DNA of 64,000 nt from Octopus vulgaris (GCA_951406725.2 OX597821.1:68696001-68760000); one strand, 5' to 3'; shown: positions 1-14,092, numbered from the stretch's first letter. Numbers and translations: made by a program. The notes: generated from the letters alone by a model not told the origin.

Positions 1-250
1 TGCCGGTGGCACGTAACAAGCACCATCCGATCGTGGCCGTTTGCCAGCCTCGTCTGGCACCTGTGCAGGTGGCTCGTAAAAAGCACCCACTACACTCACA
101 GAGTGGTTGGCGTTAGGAAGGGCATCCAGCCATAGAAACGCTGCCAGATCAGACTGGGCCTGGTGCAGCCTTCTGGCTTCCCAGACCCCAGTTGAACCGT
201 CCAGCCCATGCTGGCATGGAAAACGGACGTTGATGACGATGATGATGACA
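1..250 (+). mobile_element. Retroposon family B 3' part
   Basis: Same sequence as about 19520-19780, ending in (GAT)n. Confidence 0.85.
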
Positions 251-758
251 ATAATAATGATGTTAGACTTTATAAACAGCAATTTGAAACAAAAATAGGT
301 GAAACAAGACAACTTATGTGAACTACATATCCATAGCTTGATGGTTAACCATTTTTGTGACTATGCTACATAGAGCCTGCCATTCCATCTATCTCAAACT
401 AATTGTTTCTGTTTTCAGTAGTAATTATAATGATGTGATGTTGACACAAGTGAAGCTGACAGGGGAGGAATGACTTTTACAGGACAGCTACAGGAAGGTA
501 TATACAAATGAATATGACCAGAGACAACTACTTGCATAACTGCATCCCCACCACACACACACACACACACACACACGTCGCTCAGTCATAATCACTTCTG
601 TCTGTCAATTACTTTACACACATACACTGTCATAAAGGATAAGCAATACACACACACACAAACACACACGACCACAAACATACAACTACATATGCACAGG
701 CACACAAAGAAATGTGCAGGCTTGTGCTGTAAATAATGAATGAATGAATGAATGACAG

Positions 759-792
<34 letters not shown>

Positions 793-1065
793 GGTGGAGG
801 ATGAGTATGAATCTGAATATTACATCAGGTTGCAGTGAGGAAAGTACAGAGATAAGAAAGTAACATAGCAACACTGCAAACCCAATAATGTGCAGCTCAA
901 ATGGAATAAATATCCAAGTGCTTAACTTCCAAACGGAATTATCGTGAAAGCCTGGCATGTTATAATCAAACATAAGCCAGAAGATATCCACATGTCTCGA
1001 ATGATGCTGCTGCAGTTATTGCTGGTGTTACTGAAGAAATTACCAAATATGGTTGTAGCTTCACA

Positions 1066-1093
1066 TTAGGAAGAAAATGAAGGTGCTGCAGAC
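1066..1093 (-). CDS. nudE: nudE candidate alternative terminal exon (8 aa)
   Basis: Long pyrimidine-rich tract then tgtgccaag|G. Phase-2 join gives (R)SAAPSFSS*, followed by unique UTR-like sequence. Confidence 0.3.
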
Positions 1094-1229
1094 CTTGGCA
1101 CAGAATGAATGAAGTATAGAGAAGTATAGGGTGCGTAGCAGAGGATGAAAAAAAGACAGAGAGAGAGAGGCTTCAAGTTTTGTAGGACGTAGTGAGTACA
1201 CGAGCCATAAATATCTGAGTGTGTATGTG

Positions 1230-1272
<43 letters not shown>

Positions 1273-1632
1273 ATATATACATACACACATACATATATAC
1301 ATAGACAGACACACTTGCACAAGCACATTAGCATGTACAAAGATTAAAACTATTCCATATAATGCAGTCATGTTTGTTTATCTATTCAAAGCTGATGGTT
1401 TAGTCCAACACTTAAGCATTTTATTCAATATATTGCAATAATTCGGGAAACAAAATGCTGCAAATGCCAGAGTATATAGCAGCATAAACTCTCAGCATGT
1501 TTATGGTCAAGAGAGAAGTCTCTATGGTTGGTGGACTCTTTGAATGACTGCAGTAAATGGACAGGATCTGGTGAAAGTTTTTCAACCAGATAGTTTGTTT
1601 TATTTTATTTTCTGTGAACTTCATTCTATATA

Positions 1633-1970
1633 TAGGCGCAGGAGTGGGTGTGTGGTAATTAGCTTGCTTACCAACTACATGGTTCCGGATTCAGTCCCAC
1701 TGTGTGGCACCTTGAGCAAGTGTCTTCTACTATAGCCTCGGGCCAACCAAAGCGCTGTGAGTGGATTTGGTAGACGGAAACTGAAAGAAGCCTGTATGTA
1801 TATATGTGTGTGTTTGTCCCCACCACCATTGCTTGACAACCTATGTTGGTGTGTTTACGTCCCTGTAACTTAATGTTTCAGCAAAAGAGACTGATAGAGT
1901 CAGTACTAGGATTACAAAGATTAGTCCTGGGGTTAATTTGTCCAACTAAAGACTGAAACAAATAAAAGAA
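1633..1970 (+). mobile_element. tRNA-derived SINE family A
   Basis: Highly similar to 52841-53265. Confidence 0.88.
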
Positions 1971-2349
1971 TATTTAAATATTCCTCAAAGTACCATTCAA
2001 ATAATCTATGGAACAATTCTATTTCACACAAAAGATAGGTTCGACAATCTCCTGCTAATATCTACAGCCAAGTACATTTTTGAGGTCTGAACAAACGGTT
2101 AAAATTTCTAATTATGTATAAAATAATTTTATATTTGGCTTTCTATAAGGGTAGAGCTTATCAGTAGGAGTTGTAATTGTAATCAAGCAATCATCATCAT
2201 CATCTAATCTCACCTCATTTTCGGAGTGTATCAAGGACTACATGATACTGTATTGTGCAGTCGAGTTTATTTATCCATTCAATGATGGTAGAGGGTGATT
2301 AGGAGATTTAACTGATATTTTAGCAAGTCGAGCAATTACTGAGAAACCT

Positions 2350-2520
2350 TCCCCTTTGATTTTTATGGTTCTTAAGTTGATATTAATGATAATTTTTAAA
2401 TTGAATACTTTAAATATCTGTATTAATGTGTTCTTGAAATTATCTATGCAGATGTCATTCAAATAGCAGGAGACTGGGAGCCATCATCTCTATTGGGTCC
2501 TACACATGAAAATCTTTTTG
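2350..2520 (-). pseudogene. Degenerate Penelope-like reverse transcriptase fragment
   Basis: Minus strand GPNRDDGS followed, after a frameshift, by IDNFKNTLIQIFKVFNLKIIININLRTI. Resembles the PLE RT segment GLYRDDGL...IKKxIxKIFKxxxLKITIxxNxKxV. Confidence 0.55.
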
Positions 2521-4420
2521 ATTCATTTTTTTTTTTTCCGTAAGTGCATTTAAATGTACAAGACAGAAATTCACGTATTTCTGTGCCTTCAAAGTTATCC
2601 ACAGACATTCAAATATGGAAAAGTGGACATTAAAACACATACACACACACAGGGAGGGAGGGAGGGAGGGAGTGAGTTGTCCCTCAATTACTCAAATGAA
2701 TAAATGAGTATTTCATTAAATTAAAATAAATTACTTGTGTGTGTGTATGTGTAAGAGATATGAGAGAGAAATGTGTGAGAAAGAATGTGTTGGGCAATTT
2801 AGAACAGCACTTGAAACCCAACAATTCTACAGAGAATTATGAAGTGGGAATAAAACATTAATATGGGTAGAGGTAGGGCCTTGTGCTGTGAGAAAGATTT
2901 GAGAAAATGTGGAGAGTAATCTGGGTTGATGAAAGTAATGTAACAGCCTGAGTAAAGATGAAGAAATCAATTAACCAGAAAAGGCTCTAAATGAATAGAA
3001 GCTAGTCTTCGATGTTGGACAAAATATCATGACAACTCTATGATTTGCATGAATGAAAATCTGGTGAGTAACTATAGAAGGAACAGAAAAAACTAAGTAA
3101 TGGTTCACTTTGCAAGAAAAAAAAAAAAAGCAAGCTACCTAGATATAGTCTTAACAATTCTTATACTTTGAAATATAATACAGAATTATATTACAAACAT
3201 GAAAATTAGAGTTAATATAACAAAACCAAACAGCTTGACAAGAAAAAATATAAAATCATTCTTAGATAAATAAGGCAAAAAAGAAATTTTTTTTGTTTTT
3301 AGTTTTGTGGGAAGTCAGTGAAACCATTTTGCTTGGGCTAAATGGGACTATCACAGCTTTTGACATTGGAGCTTATAAAATTTACCAGTTTGCCTTTAGT
3401 AAAACATTCATTCTCATCATTCCTTTGTACAGTATTAAAGGATAAAAAAATAGCACTTAATGTAAGAAAATTACCTTCATAAGCATTGAATATGTTAAAA
3501 TGTATTTCACTAAGTTTCGATATGATACAGAATTATTAATTTTGACATGGGTGAGTATTTTCACTCACTCCCCTCAACTACATATAAAACTTAAACAGGA
3601 AAAGTAATGAGCTAGAAGAAATAATTTAAATATTAGTGAAAGCTTCCAAATATAAAGAAATAACAAGATGGAGAAACTAGTTAAAGAGATGAAGATGATA
3701 AAATGACGAGAGGGAAAGTAATCATTTTACATTCAAATTCAGAGACATTAACTGTGCCAAGAATCTATCAGCAGAGATAAGACATTGGCAAAGGTGAGGA
3801 CTAGATAGAAAATACAACAGAGATCAGAGAAGTGGGAGTGGAAAAGCTGAAGAATTATTCTAGTAGTACTCTTCAGAATATGAGTACATACTTTAAGTAC
3901 AATAGTTTCAGCTACAGAAATGTTACAAATGTTTTTATGACTGTTCCTTAGGAACAAAATATGATAGAAGAAAGGAAAAGATAAGGAGGAAAAAAAAAAA
4001 TGAACAAAAAAAAAACCACTAATCTCTGCCAACTTAATTATAAAAGATGAAAGTTTTACACAGTAAAGAATGGCTGGGAGCTTATAAAGAAATAGCCAGC
4101 TTCCAGTTTGAATAGAGCATTAAAGCAGTAATAACTTGTGGTGACATCAAGCAACACAGCTAGCAGCAAGGTGCCTGGTGATAGAAGGGCATGAACCAGT
4201 CTGGCAGGACTCAGTTTTCCCATCCATGTTTCACACTCATTCCCCAACCATACCATTACAGTCACTTCCAAGAGAACCAAACTCAGGAAAGCCAGCATAA
4301 CTAAGAGAACAAAGAGGTAAAGGTCTGGCACACTTAATGGACATGTGCTAAACTGCCTAAAATGTGTTGTGTTCTGCTGGCTTTAACAGCTGCGCTCGTG
4401 TTCCTTGGAGATGCTGGTTG

Positions 4421-4481
4421 TCACATAGTCACATTCAAAGGGGTTCGCTGATGGACTGCTCCTCGCTTCAAACGGGATGAC
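4421..4481 (-). CDS. nudE: nudE candidate terminal coding exon (best candidate)
   Basis: Pyrimidine tract cttttgcttttcttgaaag|G. Phase-2 join gives (R)SSRLKRGAVHQRTPLNVTM*. Locally GC- and CpG-enriched and non-repetitive; the hydrophobic C-terminus loosely resembles NDEL1 PLSV. Confidence 0.65.
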
Positions 4482-4596
4482 CTTTCAAGAAAAGCAAAAG
4501 AAACATTTCTAAAATATAATTTAAGAAACAAAAACACAGTAAGAATAATATGCATGTATCAAACATTCTAGTTTAGACAAAATTTGGTGTATTTAA

Positions 4597-5152
4597 CCCT
4601 TTAGTATTCCTGTTACTCAACCAAATATAAAAGACCTCTTTTGGTCATGAATGACCATGGGGTTGCACCTAGAAACTTCTCCCCCAAGGCACAAGCCCAG
4701 GCAAGGTTATTTACGGGGGACCAGCAGATGCCTATCAGCCTCTCCTCTCCACACCACTGATGTTGTCCAAGGGAAAGGCAAAGGTCGATGCAATTTGACA
4801 CTAGTGACCTTGCAACTCATTTCTACAGCTGAGTGAACTGGAGCAACATGAAATAAAGTGTCTTGCTCAAGAACACAACACACAGCTTGGTCTGGGAATC
4901 AAACTCATTATCTTGTGATTGTGAATCCCACACTAACCACTGAGCCATGCGCCTTCACTACTAAATGTAATGCTTCTTTATTCACATTGTTTTGAATTAA
5001 TCGTGCAATATTTCATAGCTTTGAGATTTCAATGATGTAATTGTTTATTTTTAGAATGACATTGTAGGGTAGGTTTAAAAGGCTTGATTTGGCAAGTCTG
5101 AACACAAGACAGACTATTTGGGTTGGAAATGACTGGTTTAAATGCTAAAGGG
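4597..5152. mobile_element. piggyBac-type MITE interrupted by a SINE
   Basis: ttaa|ccctttagtattc ... aatgctaaaggg|ttaa, same internal sequence as 62788-63007, with a SINE at about 4628-4960. Confidence 0.8.
4628..4960 (-). mobile_element. tRNA-derived SINE (family D)
   Basis: Minus head gtgaaggcgcatggctcagtggttag, central gtgttcttgagcaagacactttatttc. Second copy at about 25345-25620; related heads at 17730, 35350, 42515 and 48420. Confidence 0.8.
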
Positions 5153-5635
5153 TTAAATATCTTCACAATGAAAGAAAAAAGTCATAAAAGTAAAACTTTT
5201 CAGCTTTCAATCAACACTTTTCAAAAACCAAAGCTGTAATTAATATTTTAAACACAAAACACATAATAAAGACATTGACAAGAGAAATGTAGACAGAAGA
5301 AGAGAGAAGGATGGGATCTGAATAACTCTCAAGATTTCAAATCTGCTCATCAATATAGTTTGTCGCTTTTAGGACTGACTTTGTAAATATTGCCAAAAGA
5401 CAAGGACAAATGAGGTAGGAATTTTAAAATGCACATTTAATTTCGTCTTTTCATCCTTCAACTGGTTTCAGTCACTGGACCAAGCCCGCTGAGGCACCAC
5501 CACCACCAAGAGCTTTGGGCAATTATATTAGAGGCAAAATAGCAAAAATTGAGCTGGACATAAAGGAGTGTAATTAGAACATTCAGAAACAGAGACTTGC
5601 AGAAATAGAGCTCACTTGTGCAGGGGTTGCAAACA

Positions 5636-5865
5636 CAGGTGTGGCTGTGTGGCAAGAAGCTTGCTTACCAACTACATGGTTCCAGGTTCAGTCTCACTGT
5701 ATGGCACCTTAGGCAAGTGTCTTCTATTATAGCCTCGGGCCAACTAAAGCTCCATGAGTGGATTTGTTCCCAACCAACATAATGCTTCCTTATGGCCAGA
5801 CAGGTTTCCACAGAATAATGAAAGTGAAGGACACCACTTGTACGAGTGACTCATTTACAATCATC

Positions 5866-5901
<36 letters not shown>

Positions 5902-6322
5902 TGCAGGAGAGGCTGTGTGGTATATATATATAGGTGCAGGAGAGGCTTGCTTCCCAACTACATGGTTCTAGGTTCAGTCCCACTGCGAGACACTTTGGGC
6001 AAGTGTTCTCTACTATAGCTGACCAAAGCCTTGTGAGTGGATTTGGTAGATGGAAACTGAAAGAAGCCCATCATATATAATATATACATATATGTGTGTT
6101 TGTTCCCCCCCACACAAACACATCATCGCTTTGACAACTGATGTTGGTGTGATTATGTCCCCGTAATGTAGTGGTTTGGCAAAAGGGACTAATAGGGTAA
6201 GTACTAGGCTTACTAATAGGGTAAGTACTAGGCTTACAAAGAATAAGTCCTTGGGTCAATTTGTTCAAGTAAAGGTGGTGCTCCAGCACAGCCACAGTCA
6301 AATGACAGAAACAAGTAAAAGA

Positions 6323-6412
<90 letters not shown>

Positions 6413-6538
6413 AAACAAAGGACTTATATCAGTTTCTATCTATCAAACCAAATCCACTCAAGTGCCATGCTGAACCCAAAATTATGCAGTTGGGAAGCAA
6501 ACTTCTTAACCACACAGCCATGTCTGCACCTAACACAC

Positions 6539-6599
<61 letters not shown>

Positions 6600-7200
6600 C
6601 ACACACACATACAGAGCTCACACAAGCATGGCTGTGTGGTTAAAAAATTAACTTTGCAACTTTGTGATTCTGGGTTCAATCTCATAGAGTGATGCCTTGA
6701 GCAGGTGTTTTCCACTATATCCCTGGGGCTTTGTGAGTGAATCTGGTTGACAGATACTCAAGTAAACCTCCCCTGCATACAAGTGTGCATGTGTGAGTGC
6801 ACATGCAGATGTGCATGTGCTTGATAATTATCACTCGGTGAAATAATGGTGGTATATTACATTACAACCAATGGCTTTGTGCTTTCAAAGACCAGTGGAA
6901 TAAAAATGATCCCCAACTTGAAAAACATGCGAGGACTGGCAACAGAAAGAACATCCAAATGTGAAATCCTGCTTTATAAATCAATCCGCATCCAAGCTAT
7001 GAAGCAGGGGGTGGGTTGAAAAAAAAATTATGAACATGCTTCCACTCCAGTCTCTCTCTACCAAATTTCATTCCCAAGCTTCTGGTCAACCTGAGGTTTA
7101 TAGCAGAAGGCACCTGCCCAAGGTAACATGGTACCATGAAAAGAGATTAAATCCAGAACTGTGTGGTTGCCAAGTGAAATTCTTAATCATGTGAGCTTGT
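5636..7200. mobile_element. Cluster of nested SINE copies in both orientations with (TA)n/(CA)n tracts
   Basis: SINE heads at 5636(+), about 5900(+), 6430-6530(-), 6625(+) and 7050-7195(-), separated by microsatellites. Confidence 0.8.
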
Positions 7201-10200
7201 CTTGGTTACTTAAGTTAGCAGACCAAGCAGACCTATTAATAGTAATTTGGAGTAAATTTGGCCTTGAGCTGACAATAACATACACAGGTAACAATAACAT
7301 GCAGTAAATTATCAATTAATTCATCAAAAATCCATACAATTAACTAATCTGACTATCATTGTTTAAAATGGCTATAGTTAAGTAGTAGTAGTAGTAACAA
7401 CAACAGCAGTAGCAGCAATGTAGTAGTGGTATTAGTAATATAAGTAGTTAGTAATTTAATTCTCTTTCTCATTTGCCATTAGGGCCCCACTGAAGTGCCT
7501 ACATTTCAAGTAGTAATCAGTGGGCAGGAGATACACATACATAGGAAATGTCTCCCATTGCCTAACCCAGGCCCAAAGAAGGATTTCAACCCAGTACCTT
7601 CAGCAGTTCAAACCAACTATTCAGTGACTGTTTTTTGTTTGTACCTATTTATAGTTAGGGCAAAAGATGCTAATGAGAGTTCACTGTCTTAGTCAACAAG
7701 CAAACCACAATAGTAGTGATTGTAGAGGCAAGATATGAACTGCTGGTCATCATTTTTCCCTTATAACAATCAATTTGACCATCTGCAACACTCACACAAG
7801 GTTAGTAAATCAGAATCAAAAAACAAAACAATGCAGTAGTATATTACCATGTAAAAAAAAAAAAAAGAAGAAGAAAAACAAGCCTTGTTCCTTAGTCCCA
7901 ACATTTCTTTTTTATCATGCTCCAGACGGTTTACCCTTACTAGCTATCATTATCATTTCATTATCTATTATTTCTTCCATGCAGCAAGTGTACAAGTATT
8001 TATGCTAACTGGCTCCTCCATAACATGCACAACAAAAGAAAAGGCAGCATAAAGTTGATGTGGCACACACAAAACTTTGAGTAGATTCACTAAATGTGGT
8101 TTCGTGTTAAAAGTGAAATTTGCTACAGAAATGAGGAATCTATAACACAGAGAGGTACAGACAAGAGTGGTGCTGAGAACATGCAACAATTACAAAACCA
8201 AAAGACATTCAGTTAAGGAGTATGTCTACTAAATATCCTTCAGGATATGGCTAGAGTTACTTGAGCTGTCCAATTTACATGTTATGTCATATTCTAAGCT
8301 GTTACCTAATATGTGACAGTGTCTAATAACTAAAAACAAATGTTTTTGTTTTCAAGAAAAATAACTCAATCTATTCAACATAAAGCGACCATTAAATGTG
8401 TTCAAGGTAAACCTCTTCATCAATAATCAATATTTACATGTATTATTCAATCGATATTGTTTCCCCACACAATAAGGCTTTTGTTAGCTAATTGTGTCCT
8501 GCTCTCAATGAAACTTCACCGACTTTTGTCATCAATGCTTTTTTAAATATGTTCTAAGTGATACACCAACATTTCATATCTACTGTGAACATCAATTTCA
8601 TCTTTTTCAGGAAAGAGAATGGAATGAATTAAAAACAGTAAAGAGATAATTTGTTCACCTTACATACCAGAGATGTTGTCTGAACAATAGTTTCAAAGCA
8701 CTGGGCAGAATCTTAATAACTGTTAAAGTTCTTTGCTGTTTTAATTACCTAATTTCCAAATTTCTGTATAACAGAATGAAGACACTAAAAATACATTTCT
8801 CAGCAAATTTAAATACTACTGTAAATTATTGATGTAGGGTGTTCTCTCTCACAAATAATCAGCTATAAGATGAAGAATTAAGCTGACTTTTGTTTAAACT
8901 TTCATTTCTGTTGAGACTGAGTAGACAGTTGCGTTAACCAACCAACCTCTAGTAATAGTAATATGATTAGAATGAGTAGGGTAGCATAGTCCGCCAGACA
9001 ACTATTCATGGAAAGATAAGAATTTAGACAGACCCAGTCAGCTGGTGAATGTTGGTTAGTCTTAACACCTACAGCACAGAAGTAATCAAATGACCAAATT
9101 ACTGACTGATTGAAACTAGCACACATACACCCAATATAATAAGTTATTTATGCTGGTTAAACCTCTTACCTATCGAAGATAAAAGTGTTTTCTGAACAGT
9201 AGAGAGCATAATTCAATTACTCATAATAGGATCCTAACAGATAAACAATGAATAGGCCATAACTATATTTCAGGCCAACATATTATTTGGTCACTGTGCT
9301 GTTTTGATGAAACTAGATAGTATTTGATTAGTGTTTTGGCTGACAACATATGATTCTAATAATAGTAGGAGGAGGAAAGACAGTAATAACAAAGGTGCTG
9401 AAATCAGGACGAAATAAAGCCACATAATCACAAACACGAAGAATCTGGAAACTTATAGCAATAAGGAACAAAAGAAAAAGTTACTGTGAAAACAAAAGAA
9501 GAAATGAAAGGTGTAATGAACAGAAGATGTGATGTTTCAAGCAAGAGAAAGAGATGTGTGTAGGAGCCAGTAGAAGAAGAAAATACATATAAATGATGCA
9601 ATATTCCTCACCAATACTGCCTTTCCATTGCCTTCTATCAGAATATGTGGTGGCACTGAGAAGCTGCTGCCTGTAGGGAGCAACAACAAAACACATAACA
9701 AACACACATGCACCACAGATGTTGCTCAAGTGACAATGGTAAGAAGGATAAGCAAATGTGACAAGAGCCAATGGAAACATTGGGGGGAAATACAATTAGG
9801 AGGTAAAAACAAAACAAAACAAAAAAAGAAACAGTTGTTGCTAGGGTATGCATTCGAACTCAAAATAGATCGACAACAGGAACAGTGATAAATAACATGA
9901 AGAACAAGTGTGACAATGAATGGGAAAAAAAAGAAGCTAAGATAGAAAATTCAGATTAAAACACAAGAAATGTTTTAAGACAATAAAAATAACAGCTTAC
10001 ATACTTTGTCCCCACAGTAAATATTAAGAAAATACCTCAATTCTCTATATAAAACATTGTATATGTACACTAAAAAAATCAAAATATAGAAATATGTTTA
10101 CATGGGAGTGAGTGTGTGCGTGTATGTGCATGAAATTTTAAGAAAATAAAACAATTATAAAAGTAAAACTAGTTGACAGTATGTAATAAAAAAAGGTGTC

Positions 10201-10919
10201 AACAGTTCTAGGAGACCTGAAATGATGTAAACTGCCACTGAGACCAGTGAACAACAAATGCTTGCATGACAAAGAAAGCAACAGAATGAAATACAACATC
10301 ATAACACTTACTATTACTTCTGCAATGAAGGGGGAAGAAATTCTGAAGGATCAGAAATGCAGACAAGGCAGGGTGGAAGGAACTAAGTTTGGAAACAAAA
10401 CAAATTTGGGACATGATACTCATTTTCTTGCCTGTGTCTCAGCCATTACAGCCAACATGAACAACTCTTTTGTTAATGCTTTTAACAGACTGCTAAGCCA
10501 ATGTGTAACATCAGATTTCAGTATCGTGTCTGCATTAGTTTTTATATAGACTTCTGGTGAAGCAATTTAGACAGGCAAAACAACAACTGAGTTGGTTAAT
10601 TGCTTGGAGATGACAAATTAACATTTCAGCTGTTGTTTGTGTTTAGATGAAAAGATTAATCATAATAATGGTCAGCAATACAGCAATGATAGTTAACAAA
10701 CACGACGACCAGGTCTCAATTCTTGGAAGATCAGAGCATTATTTCAGGACACATCTTTGTTGATTTGCAGAACAGTAGACATACTACAGAATATGGTAGT
10801 GTTGGCTGAATTTTAAAGCTTAAGGTGTGTCGATTGGAAGGCGTGTCATCAGAGCGGAGGAGGTGCATGTCGGGCCTACCTGTCAATATGAAAAACCTTT
10901 TTCTAATTCACAGAGTAGT

Positions 10920-11145
10920 TCAAGCGACCGGTCTTGTTGTGTTTCTGTTTGTTTCATTGCATCCATGTGGCCAGCAGCTGTTGTTGTTAGCTCGAGGATG
11001 GCTGGCAGAGACAAGGCGTGCTGTACAGTTCAGTAATTCAGGATACTTATTGACAGCATCAAATAGCATTCTCTGAAGACTTTCAATGCATTGTTTATCT
11101 GGCTGAGAAGCCGGGGACACTAGCAAATGGACAGCGAATGAAGAC
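10920..11145 (-). CDS. nudE: nudE candidate alternative terminal exon (74 aa)
   Basis: ttgtttgtcatttggtag|G. Phase-2 join is open for 74 codons (SSFAVHLLVSPASQPDKQCIESLQRMLFDAVNKYPELLNC...RPVA*), same frame as ORF 10920..11171. Lies in a CpG-richer unique island. No homology support. Confidence 0.45.
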
Positions 11146-11899
11146 CTACCAAATGACAAACAACGACACAATTAGACAAAGCAGAATCAAGCAAGAACAG
11201 GGAAACACAAGCCTTGTTCCTACCCTCTACATCCAGAAATATGGCTAGGCACAGACCTGTAGAAAAATTGGATAAGTTTCCAGAATTAAAGTTTTGAATT
11301 ATTTTACAACATGAAATTTAAGGAAATGAATACAGGAAGATCAACAAGCAGTTAACTGATGTATAACTTGCTGAAATCAGGTGCATGTATGGTGTTTATA
11401 TTTTACTGAAGATACATTAAAACGTATCTAATTCACAACAGATACCACCTGCTTACAATGAACATTATAAAAAGGAACTTTTACATTACACTAGCCATCA
11501 CAACATATGATTTTAAATGATTTATAACCTCACAACAGATTACCCAACAGAAACAAAATATCCAGTTATATTACTACACAGCTAATACTACCAACATTTT
11601 TTTTTAAATCTTTCAACAATTCCATTATCAAATACCTTGTCACTTCTGACATCATATAACAAATACAAATCAACATTTATGTTTATTGATGTTCATCAAA
11701 CAATATCACAATAACAAAGACCAATAATATTAAAACTAAAATATCACAGCAAATCACAGTTCAATACTCAGCAACTTGATCTGTAAATGGAAACAACAAA
11801 TTGGACAGATTGATATTCCTTGGATTTCATTTTTTCTAGAATGGGCCAACAAAACAGGTTTTTAACTGACGTTTCAAAAGAGCGAAAAAAGGTAACCAG

Positions 11900-12064
11900 C
11901 AGGGGCATAGCTAGAATAAATGGCACCATCAAAATTGCACCCCTACCCACAAACCAAAATTTTTAATGGCTCAATTAGAAAATGATCTTGGCCAAAATTG
12001 TATCCCCCTCAAAGTGGCACCCAGGGCATGTACCCTGTTTGTCCCACCTTAGCTATGCCCCCAG
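11900..12064. mobile_element. hAT (Tip100-like) MITE
   Basis: TIR caggggcatagcta / tagctatgccccca; degenerate 8-bp TSD gtaaccag / gtaacaaa. Confidence 0.7.
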
Positions 12065-13614
12065 GTAACAAAACAAAAATGATATACACACTATCACTGT
12101 TCTCTGTACTAAAGAAATAAAATATGGTTCAACTACAATAGCTCTTTGAAGAATTAAAAGAAAATGTAACCATTCACTTCAACTTTGTGTGTGTGTGTGT
12201 GTGTGTGTGTTATAATCCGTAGTTCTTATGCTGTATGTATCTGAAAATATGAATATTTACACATAATTTATCAGATCTGGTACCTTTACACTGTATGCCC
12301 TTTCTATGGCTAACAATGATGTGGGATGAACAACAATTTTTTCAGCTAGAAAGTCAGACAAGTAGATTAACATACACTGCACTTTAATAAAAGGATACAA
12401 TTCCTGACCACAGTTATGCATGAGAGAGAGAGAGAGTTAAAAGTAAATCCCTATTCTCATGTACGCACACCTCTGTATCATAGATCAGACTCAAGAACCT
12501 ACAAATTTTACTCTATGTTGGTATTTAAACCAGCTATGTCCAGCCAAATAGTCTACCCATTTTATGTTCTCACACCTACTTTACAATGTCACTCAAAAAA
12601 TAATCAAATCAAAATATTGAAGCTACAAAATAATGCAAGGTTAATTCAAAACAATGTGAATAAATACACATAACATTTGACTAATCTGAATGCTAGGGTT
12701 AACTGATTTTCAACAGCAAAACATCAACCAAATCTATGCGAATATATATACGTACAGATATACAACTATATAACTACATGTATGTCTACATGCTCTTGCA
12801 CAGAGCTAGCCCTACATTAGAACCTGAAAGAGAAGCATTCAGTATAACTAGTTTCATTAAAAATTCCATCTTTTTTGTTAACTTTACTCCTAATTTTACT
12901 AATATCAATAAGCAATAGTACAGACCATACCAATAATATTTTAATACACCTCAAAAAGAATTGACCTTTCCACTAAGATTTGGATTAAATGGATTTAAAG
13001 GGAAAATACTAGATCAAATCTATCAATTTGTTATTGAGAATTAAGCGATATTAACTAGAACTGACTATGTCAGAGTAACACACTAACCCCTGGCTCACTA
13101 ACATGCTATCTTCCCACTGTCTCTACTATCACTGCCACAGAAACTATTCCTTTGAAATGGCAAATCTTTTACTGATTCCACTTAGACACTTAGCTTGTTC
13201 ATCTTTTCTCCTTTCATTGTGTCACCCATCATTCCTCTTGAATTCTATCGCTGTCAGGTCCCCACCTGCAGACAACTTGCAACTACTAAAGAGAAACAGT
13301 CTCAGAGACCCAGCACTATACCCTTTAATCAAACCAATGAAATATTTAGATAAAATAAATAAACCATGGAAAGCCTATACTTTTAATATAATTATACACA
13401 TTGCACTAGTTTAATTTTTGTCTAAACAAATCTAAAACATGACAGTAACACAAGGTTTGCCTCAACCAACTTCACACTTCAAGAAAATAATTTACTACAA
13501 GCAGAAATTTGTATTAGTTAATACAGCAAATCATATCCAAAGTCACACACATGCACGTGTGTTGTGTGTGTTATATTAGAAATTTATTTACCGTTTTAAA
13601 TCAGCTGTTCTGTA

Positions 13615-13792
13615 CTAGAGTGGGTGGGAAGGTATTTGTACACAGTTGGAAGAGAGATTTCTGCATTTTCTTTTACAGCTCAACGAAGTTCCATCTGCTA
13701 TTCACTCAACCATGAAGCTGTAGTGAGCTCTTGTTAGCCAGTCAGGCTGTGTAAATATCCAAAAGTGCAGAAAGGGTTCCCACCCACACTAG
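13615..13792. mobile_element. TA-TSD MITE / fold-back element
   Basis: ta|ctagagtgggtgggaa ... ttcccacccacactag|ta, plus inner complementary tttctgcatttt / aaaagtgcagaaa. Confidence 0.7.
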
Positions 13793-13997
13793 TATATAAA
13801 ATTAGATGCAAAACATTAAACACACACAAATATTAGTTTAAAAAGTTAACCAAAGACTACTACTAAAGCTATCTCTTGAAAAACAAATAGAACTTCCAGT
13901 GGCTTACATTCTTAGTTTAGTATCAAAGAGTAAATTTTTTTTTTTTAATGAAAAGTACCAAAATATGAAACAGTACAGTTCAGCACTGAATCCTCAC

Positions 13998-14092
13998 CTG
14001 CTGCATGCTTTCAAATATATACAGTGTTCTGGTCGGAGGAGTTTCTCGTCAGCTTTTGATATTTGCTCCTATGTGGTGCCAGCGACACTAAA
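13998..14092 (-). CDS. nudE: nudE candidate alternative exon with internal stop (TGA at 14011-14013)
   Basis: ttttaacattcag|T and strong donor CAG|gtgagg. Phase-2 join gives (R)LVSLAPHRSKYQKLTRNSSDQNTVYI*. A second in-frame acceptor catag|G starts at 14068. Confidence 0.35.

Noticed and set aside
1061-6715. Many ORFs rich in VCVC, YIYI and HTHT
   Set aside because: Translations of (TG)n, (TA)n and (CA)n microsatellites and SINEs.
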